From: a bacterium
GTDB lineage: Bacteria; Electryoneota; Electryoneia; Electryoneales; Electryoneaceae
Reading direction: 5' to 3'
DNA: 12,505 nt
Assembly: GCA_043801585.1 (NCBI GenBank)
Contig: JAZDLX010000160.1
Span: 1-12,505 of the forward strand
How positions within the stretch are numbered: position 1 is the stretch's first letter; each line of letters starts with the position of its first letter. Under the pieces are notes generated by a model. The model worked only from the letters and a program-made list of their open reading frames with translations. It ran no database searches and had not been told where the DNA came from. A program made the translations under genes and the position numbers. Shown here in pieces: positions 6,680 to 12,505 of this stretch.

Positions 6680-8364
6680 CTATCCTCCCGGAGCGGCATC
6701 GCATTGGCAAGACTGTCCGCCTCGGGCATTGCCACCACCGCTGAATCCACCACCGGGTCTTGAGAAATCAGAATTTGCCAGAGATAATCCCGCCCATTAT
6801 AGAGCCGTTGGGCGAGCTCTCCCTTGACTTGATTCAGCAGAAAATCCCGGTCCTGCTCCCAGTCCTGGGCGTCAAACGAAATTCCCTGTTTTTCCGCGAA
6901 ATCGATCAACCCTTTCACCTGACCTTCAGACGGCATCCACTCATCTCTGAAACGCGGGAATGGCATCCAGGGTTTCCGAATCGTGTCCGCCATCGCGTTC
7001 GCATAATTGATCAACACCTGCTCGCGGACGAGCTTCGTGCCATAGCGGCTGAGTGTTCCGGGATCGATCGATTTGTCCGGCAGGACCCCCCGGCCACTGT
7101 ACACAACCCGGCCGGTGCGAGTGAAATATTTCTGTTCGTTTCCGGCGTCCAGCTTGTTGCTTGCCGTCCTGTGCGGACTCTGTGCGGAGGCGCTGCTCGA
7201 ATCGTTCTCCGCTCCGTTCATTCCCAGAGCCTCTTCGTAATACTCGCCGATTCCTTCATCGTAAGGCCGCTGTATGCATCGTCCTGAGGGCGTGTACCAA
7301 CGGCTGATCGTGATCCGTACCACTGAACCGTCGCGCAACTCGAAGGGAAGCTGGACGAGTCCTTTTCCGAATGTCGAGGATCCCATGATCAGGCCGCGGT
7401 CGAGATCCTGGATCGCTCCGGCAACGATTTCGCTGGCGGATGCGCTGCCCCGGTTGACCAGGACAACCAGCGGCATGTAGGGGTGGGTCGCTTCGTCCGT
7501 GGCCCAGAGTGTGTCCGACGCTCCCCGTGCACGCCCCTTCGTCGTCAGGATGATGCTGCCGCCTTTGATGAACTTGTCCACAACCTCGCGGGCCATTGCC
7601 CTGTAACCGCCGGAATTTCCACGAAGGTCAAGGATCAACTGTTTCATTCCCTGTTTCTCGAGATCCTCCAGCGCCTCCTCGAATTCATCCTCCGTCACCG
7701 CCGTGAACTGACTGACCATGATGTAGCCGGTTTTCCCGTCAGGCAGCAGAAATGATGCCTGGATCGAATGGATCGGAATTTTCCCCCGCGTCAGTTTGAG
7801 GTCAAAGGGATCATCCTCCCGGCCGGGGCGCTGCACGGTGATCGTCACCTGAGTTCCTTCCGGACCTCGAAGCCGTTTGAAGACCTGATCGTTGGTGATC
7901 CCGATGGCGCTGACGCCATCGATCTTGACAATCCGGTCACCGGCCCGCAACCCCATCCGGTCGGCGGGAGTGCCGGGAATCGGGCTGATCACTGAAAGCA
8001 GGTCATCACGGATCTCGAATTGGATGCCAATCCCGCTGAACTCACCGTCAAACCGTTCCTGCACACGTTCCTGTTCCTGTGGAGGGATGTAGACGGAGTG
8101 GGGATCGAGTTTCCGCAGCATCCCCTCGATCGCGCCCTCGATCATCAGTGAATCGTCCGGAGCGTCCACATAGGTGCGATCGACGAGGCGAAGCACCTCC
8201 TCGAATTTGCGCAATTCCGGAGGGTACTGACTCGGTTTCGCAACGTGACGGATACGGCCGCTGAAGAGCACTCCCAGAAGGAAAACGATAATCAGCAGAC
8301 CGGCAAATCGCACCCCAGCCCAGAATGGATGAGGACGCTGATCAGTGGGGGCGTCGTTGTTCAT
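6676..8364 (-). CDS. ctpA: S41A family C-terminal processing peptidase (CtpA/Prc-like) with PDZ domain
   Basis: Motifs LDPHSVY, FSGIGI (PDZ), ILDLRGNSGG, SASASEIVAGA (catalytic Ser) and TFGKGLVQ (catalytic Lys), plus an N-terminal TM. Start placed at ATG 8364 (AGGA upstream). The track's 8421 and a GTG at 8367 are alternatives. Confidence 0.9.
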   Translation of the reverse strand: MNNDAPTDQRPHPFWAGVRFAGLLIIVFLLGVLFSGRIRHVAKPSQYPPELRKFEEVLRLVDRTYVDAPDDSLMIEGAIEGMLRKLDPHSVYIPPQEQERVQERFDGEFSGIGIQFEIRDDLLSVISPIPGTPADRMGLRAGDRIVKIDGVSAIGITNDQVFKRLRGPEGTQVTITVQRPGREDDPFDLKLTRGKIPIHSIQASFLLPDGKTGYIMVSQFTAVTEDEFEEALEDLEKQGMKQLILDLRGNSGGYRAMAREVVDKFIKGGSIILTTKGRARGASDTLWATDEATHPYMPLVVLVNRGSASASEIVAGAIQDLDRGLIMGSSTFGKGLVQLPFELRDGSVVRITISRWYTPSGRCIQRPYDEGIGEYYEEALGMNGAENDSSSASAQSPHRTASNKLDAGNEQKYFTRTGRVVYSGRGVLPDKSIDPGTLSRYGTKLVREQVLINYANAMADTIRKPWMPFPRFRDEWMPSEGQVKGLIDFAEKQGISFDAQDWEQDRDFLLNQVKGELAQRLYNGRDYLWQILISQDPVVDSAVVAMPEADSLANAMPLREDS

Positions 8365-8484
8365 CACGGATCCTGTTTCGACTCTCGGCTCACAACCCAA
8401 GTATAAGAATTTTAGTGACACTCAGTTCCGATTGAAACGGCACCGGTACTCCCCGCGCTCGCACGGGACATCGGGGGCAACTTT

Positions 8485-8582
8485 CTGGGAAAATCCAGAC
8501 AGTTTAACATTTCATGGCTAATCAGACCGGATACTTCGTCGGATCATGTATCAGAAATGTTAAACTGTCTGGATTTTCCCTG
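8485..8582. mobile_element. MITE-like 98-bp element with long terminal inverted repeats
   Basis: Perfect 27-bp IR GGGAAAATCCAGACAGTTTAACATTTC (8487-8513) / GAAATGTTAAACTGTCTGGATTTTCCC (8554-8580), extendable to 28/29. The spacer is 40 nt. Flanked by AACTTT (8479-8484) and GACTTT (8583-8588). Confidence 0.65.
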
Positions 8583-8586
8583 GACT

Positions 8587-9753
8587 TTACAGCGTCGCCA
8601 TCAACTCCGATGCCCGCCGGACCATCTCCTCGCTGCAGCAGTACGCCCAGCGGATGAACCCGTCCTCCCCCCGCGCGTTGAAGAATCCCCCCGGGACGGT
8701 TCCGAGTTCGTGTTTTTCCACGAGGAGTCTTGCCATCTCCTCGCCTGTCATGCCGTTCTCCACGCGAGCGTGGAGGTAGAACGCCCCTTTCGGTGCAACG
8801 CAGGTGAAGGCTTTGCTGGCGTTGACCCCCTCGACGAGAAGGTCGCGGCGTTTCCGGTAGCCCTCACGGAACGTGGCCGTGCAGTCCTGAGGACCGGTGA
8901 GCGCCACGGCGCCTGCATACTGGATGAAGGTGTTGATCCCGTTGGCCGAGTAGAGAACCAGTTTTTTCAGGCGGGTGATGGTCGTCTCATCGTTGGTCAC
9001 CACATACCCGAGCCGCCAGCCTGTCATCGAGTAGGATTTCGAAAAGGTGAACACACTGGTGACTGGCGAGCGCAGTTTGAGCTGCTGGTGGATCGTGGCG
9101 GCCAGTTTCGGTTTGGCGGATGCATAATAAATATCTTCGTACGCCTCATCCCCGATCAGGTGCACTCCCCGTTCCGCGCAGACATGAACGATCTCCTCGA
9201 GCGTATCGTCGGGAATCACCGCACCTGTCGGATTGTGCGGATTGTTGAGGACGAACGCCACGGGCTTGTGCGCCTCGATGGCCTTGGCGATATCCTTCGG
9301 GCTCAACGTGAATCCGTCCGTTTCATCGTACCCCATGTCAACAAACACGGGGATTGCGCCGACAGCGATGACGATGTTCCTGGTGGCGCCCCACGTCGGG
9401 TTCGCGAGGAGGATCCGTTCTCCCGGCGCAGCGACCGCGGAGAGAGTCACGAACAACCCGTGCATCCCGCCCTGTACCGCGATCAGATAATCCGTGTCGG
9501 TCGCCAGTCCATTGTGAGACAACATTTTTTGAACCACCGCCTGCTTGAACTCCGCCACGCCAGAACTGGGAGCGTACCCGGTTTTGCCGGCACGCAACGC
9601 CGCAACGGCGGCTTCCTTGATGTGATCGGGAGTGTCGAAATCCGGCTGACCCGATTCGAGGCGCATGGGGTTGGATTTGGTCAGCAGCAGGTCACGGATC
9701 TCGACGATCCTGGAGAATTTGGTTCCGTCAACAGGCAGGGCGGCACGGGCCAT
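8587..9753 (-). CDS. PLP-dependent aminotransferase class I/II (aspartate aminotransferase-like, substrate not assignable)
   Basis: Motifs GQPDFDTP, NNPHNPTG, DEAY, TFSKSYSMTGWRLG (PLP Lys), PKGAFY and FIR. Start placed at ATG 9753 (MARAALP), 7 nt after GGAGG. Confidence 0.92.
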   Translation of the reverse strand: MARAALPVDGTKFSRIVEIRDLLLTKSNPMRLESGQPDFDTPDHIKEAAVAALRAGKTGYAPSSGVAEFKQAVVQKMLSHNGLATDTDYLIAVQGGMHGLFVTLSAVAAPGERILLANPTWGATRNIVIAVGAIPVFVDMGYDETDGFTLSPKDIAKAIEAHKPVAFVLNNPHNPTGAVIPDDTLEEIVHVCAERGVHLIGDEAYEDIYYASAKPKLAATIHQQLKLRSPVTSVFTFSKSYSMTGWRLGYVVTNDETTITRLKKLVLYSANGINTFIQYAGAVALTGPQDCTATFREGYRKRRDLLVEGVNASKAFTCVAPKGAFYLHARVENGMTGEEMARLLVEKHELGTVPGGFFNARGEDGFIRWAYCCSEEMVRRASELMATL

Positions 9754-9901
9754 GGTCATCCCTCCGGGTGGATACAATTTGAATTCCGATGATGGGTTGG
9801 AAACAGCCTTGGGATTTCTTCCGGCGAGGAAGAGGGCTCCTCCGGCAGGTCGGAAAAACGTACGAATACGGAGCGCCCCACAAACCGAACGAGTTCGATT
9901 T

Positions 9902-9986
9902 CAGTCACTTTTTCGGAGACACTTATTGTGCTCAAAAGTGACAGTTACCTTTGAAACAAACCTTCACAGGAAACAGTCACTTTTGA
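9902..9986. repeat. Three copies of a GTCACTTTT motif (direct, inverted, direct)
   Basis: CAGTCACTTTT (9902-9912), TCAAAAGTGACAGTT (9932-9946) and AACAGTCACTTTTGA (9972-9986). The last two are a 14/15 inverted repeat. Confidence 0.7.
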
Positions 9987-9988
9987 TT

Positions 9989-11158
9989 TTATTTCGAGCC
10001 GAGTCTGCGGTAGCGATCCCCCGGGAGGCGCTGGATCAACCCCCTCATTTCGAGTTGCATCAGGGCGACACCGAGCCGGCTGGCGTCCACTTTCAACTCT
10101 TCCGCAATCTCATCGGCGTGACGGGCCTCCACTCGATCAAGCGCCTTCCATACACGAAGTTCAATTTCATCAAGATCTTCCGGTTCTCCACCAAGGGGAA
10201 GTCCAAATTGTCCCTGCCCCGGCGCCGGAAGTCCGAACTGCGGGGCGAGGTCCTCGAGGATATCGCCGGCGTGGCGAACCAGTGTCGCTCCCTGGCGGAG
10301 CAGGTAATTGCATCCTTCGTAGTTGCGGGAGAGCGGATGTCCCGGGACGGCGAAAACAGCCCGGTTCTCGTTCAGCGCCTCCGACGCTGTGATCAGCGAT
10401 CCGCTGCGCGCGGCGGCTTCCACCACCACGGTGGCTGCGGCGATGCCGGAGATGATCCGGTTGCGCATGGGGAAATTGCGCGACTCCGGTCCAGCGCCGA
10501 GGAACAGTTCGCTGATCACCGCCCCGCTCCTGACGATGGAATCGTAGACCTTTCGATGCCGGGGAGGATAGACCGTGTCCACACCGCTCCCGAGAACGGC
10601 TACGGTGTTTCCCCTTTCCTGCAAGGCTCCCCGGTGTGCGGCTGCATCAATTCCGTAGGCGAGGCCGCTGATCACGTGCAATCCCGCCTGCGAAAGCCCC
10701 GCGCCAATCTGGTGAGCAACCTCGATCCCGGGTTCTGACGCCCGCCTGCTGCCAACAACTGCGACCGCACGGTCCCCTTTCGGAAGGTTCTCGCCGAGCA
10801 CATACAGCGCCGCGGGAGGGTTGTGGATCTGTTTCAGCAATTGAGGGTATTCCCCGTCGGCGGGTGTCAGGATGCGCGCCCCGAGTGTTACCGCACGCGA
10901 CAGCTCGCGTTCACCAAATCCTTCCGCTTCCGCCGACCTCAGGGTCTCCAGGCTCTCCCGTTTCAGCCCGCCAACCCTCTCCAGAGTGTCATCATCCGCG
11001 CCGAGCGCGGCATGGGCGGTTCCAAAGGTGTCGATCAGGCGGCGGACAGTCGCGGCGCCGACATCGGTCGCCTTGAGCAGGGTCAGGATGGCGGCACGCT
11101 CCGCATCGTCGGGAGGCGAAGACCCGGCATTCAAATCGTTCTGATTGGGTTCGCTCAT
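9989..11158 (-). CDS. dprA: DNA-processing protein DprA (Smf)
   Basis: 389 aa with YPQLLKQIHNPP, VAVVGSR, VISGLAYGIDAAAH, FPMRNRIISG, VVVEAAARSGSLITA and VFAVPG, an N-terminal SAM-like region and a C-terminal winged-helix-like region (LMQLEMRGLIQRLPG). Confidence 0.96.
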   Translation of the reverse strand: MSEPNQNDLNAGSSPPDDAERAAILTLLKATDVGAATVRRLIDTFGTAHAALGADDDTLERVGGLKRESLETLRSAEAEGFGERELSRAVTLGARILTPADGEYPQLLKQIHNPPAALYVLGENLPKGDRAVAVVGSRRASEPGIEVAHQIGAGLSQAGLHVISGLAYGIDAAAHRGALQERGNTVAVLGSGVDTVYPPRHRKVYDSIVRSGAVISELFLGAGPESRNFPMRNRIISGIAAATVVVEAAARSGSLITASEALNENRAVFAVPGHPLSRNYEGCNYLLRQGATLVRHAGDILEDLAPQFGLPAPGQGQFGLPLGGEPEDLDEIELRVWKALDRVEARHADEIAEELKVDASRLGVALMQLEMRGLIQRLPGDRYRRLGSK

Positions 11159-12189
11159 TCGTCATTCTCCCCTGTCGTGTCGTCGGCAACGTCACGCATG
11201 GCATCCTCACGGAAACGGTGGAGCAGCTCCGGGGCGCGGGCCTCACGAACCATTTCCATTAAACGCCGGACAAGTTCATCCACGTTCATCCTGGCAACCG
11301 CCGAAATCGCGAGATCCTCGAAGGGAAACCCTTCGTCGCCGAGATCCGCCTTGGTGCGCACGATCAACCGCGAACGTTCGAGCATCTCGGGATTGTACTG
11401 CTGAAGCTCGGCAAGGAGAGTTTTCAACGTCTCCTCCGGCGCTCCATCGAGGGTCTCGATCAGGATGCAGAGCACCCGGGTCCGTTCGATGTGGCGCAGG
11501 AACTGGTGCCCCAGCCCTTTCCCCTCGGCGGCTCCCTCGATCAGTCCGGGGATGTCCGCCATGACGAAGGAACTCCTTTCACCCGCGCTGACAATGCCGA
11601 GGTGGGGGGTCAACGTCGTGAACGGGTAGTCGGCGATTTCGGGACGTGCCGCCGAAACGGTCGCGAGCAGCGTCGACTTTCCCGCGTTCGGCATTCCGAC
11701 GAGGCCGACATCCGCGAGCAGTTTCAGCTCGAGACGGACCTCACGTTCCTGCCCGGGTTTACCCTCCGTCGCCACGCGGGGAGTGCGCTGAGTGGGTGTG
11801 GCGAAACGGGCGTTGCCCTTTCCCCCTGTGCCGCCCCTGGCGACAACAAGCTCTTGCTCCGGTTGCGTGAGGTCGCCGAGGATACGGCCTGAAGTCTCGT
11901 CCATAATGACGGTGCCGGGAGGAACACGGACGATCACGTCCTTTCCGTATTTTCCGGATTTCTTCGCTCCCGAGCCGGGCCTGCCGTTCCCGGCACGGAT
12001 TTTGTGAGAATAACGGAGGTCAAGCAGGGTGCCGAGCTGAGGGTCGACACGGAAGATCACCGATCCGCCACGGCCGCCGTCGCCGCCGTCCGGTCCACCC
12101 TTGGGGACGTACGCCTCACGCCGGAAGCTGACCACACCGTTCCCGCCGTTCCCGGCGCGAACACGAAGTCGTACACGATCCACGAACAT
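11155..12189 (-). CDS. obgE: GTPase ObgE/CgtA
   Basis: 344 aa with a Gly-rich Obg fold (GGPDGGDGGRGG), G1 GMPNAGKS, G2 YPFTTL, G3 DIPG, GLGHQFLRHIER, G4 variant TKAD and G5 ISA. Confidence 0.97.
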   Translation of the reverse strand: MFVDRVRLRVRAGNGGNGVVSFRREAYVPKGGPDGGDGGRGGSVIFRVDPQLGTLLDLRYSHKIRAGNGRPGSGAKKSGKYGKDVIVRVPPGTVIMDETSGRILGDLTQPEQELVVARGGTGGKGNARFATPTQRTPRVATEGKPGQEREVRLELKLLADVGLVGMPNAGKSTLLATVSAARPEIADYPFTTLTPHLGIVSAGERSSFVMADIPGLIEGAAEGKGLGHQFLRHIERTRVLCILIETLDGAPEETLKTLLAELQQYNPEMLERSRLIVRTKADLGDEGFPFEDLAISAVARMNVDELVRRLMEMVREARAPELLHRFREDAMRDVADDTTGENDE

Positions 12190-12195
12190 GGCGGC

Positions 12196-12224
12196 AAGGT
12201 AGGCGCGGAGCGGGTTTCTGGCAA
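12196..12224 (-). promoter_or_regulatory. Sigma70-type promoter directly ahead of the obgE start codon (leaderless configuration)
   Basis: Minus strand TTGCCA (12224-12219) - 17 nt - TACCTT (12201-12196) - GCCGCC - ATG. No Shine-Dalgarno sequence. Confidence 0.6.
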
Positions 12225-12375
12225 GTGTTCCTTGTTCAAGGAGGATAAGATCGATTTGATTTTAATTTCGACGAGTAGAATTAATGAAATCATAACTACA
12301 TTCGTAGGATCATGAGCGTTCCTTTTCTTAAGTATTTGAGCTTTGGATTTCTTAACGGATGCAAGGTTGAAAAAG

Positions 12376-12505
12376 ATGAGTGGATACGAAATAGCTGCTA
12401 TCATCGGAGCCACTGCTTGGATTCCCCAAATCATTAAATGGGTCAGAGCACTGGTTACACGTCCACGAGTTACTGTCGTGGCCAGCAGGTTCGCCGAACT
12501 TGGCT
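12376..12505 (+). CDS. Hypothetical protein with N-terminal hydrophobic segment, truncated by the window edge
   Basis: ATG 12376 is open to the edge: MSGYEIAAIIGATAWIPQIIKWVRALVTRPRVTVVASRFAELG. AAGG 9 nt upstream. Preceded by an AT-rich, promoter-like region. Confidence 0.6.
   Translation, partial: MSGYEIAAIIGATAWIPQIIKWVRALVTRPRVTVVASRFAELG

Noticed and set aside
8538..8565. Possible dif site (AAATGTTAAAC resembles the XerD arm TTATGTTAAAT)
   Set aside because: There is no XerC-like arm at 6-bp spacing, and the match is explained as part of the 27-bp terminal inverted repeat.
9902..9986. Mini CRISPR array
   Set aside because: The repeats are only 9-15 nt, in mixed orientation and irregularly spaced, and there are no cas genes in the window.
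69..11404. Long plus-strand ORFs (69..992, 1380..2462, 2588..3811, 5438..6763, 8557..9792, 9665..10738, 10823..11404 and others)
   Set aside because: They lie antisense to well-supported minus-strand genes, have no recognisable motifs, and are the expected shadows of GC-rich codon bias.
12057..12434. 125-aa minus-strand ORF and 103-aa plus-strand ORF (12004..12315)
   Set aside because: Both overlap obgE out of frame or antisense and cross the AT-rich divergent promoter region, with no motifs.

Overview
Mostly core bacterial chromosome, GC-rich, with nearly all genes on the minus strand. In transcription order (right to left): obgE and dprA (4-nt overlap), a PLP-dependent class I/II aminotransferase, an S41A/CtpA-type protease, exbB-exbD-exbD-tonB, cydA-cydB (cytochrome bd oxidase) and a GT-C-fold (ArnT/PMT-like) membrane glycosyltransferase that runs off the left edge and is missing from the ORF track. 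A divergent, lower-GC hypothetical gene starts at the right edge. The proteins belong to known families, and I see no new multi-gene system. The interesting signal is non-coding: (i) a 98-bp MITE-like element with 27-bp perfect inverted repeats and a near target-site duplication; (ii) a 638-bp tonB-cydA spacer packed with hairpins, including two that share GAAACC...GGCCACCC flanks but have different stems, a GTCATCCTGA...TCAGGATGAC element, and a strand-asymmetric hairpin upstream of cydA; (iii) a three-copy GTCACTTTT motif after dprA that can form mutually exclusive hairpins; (iv) an apparently leaderless obgE promoter.
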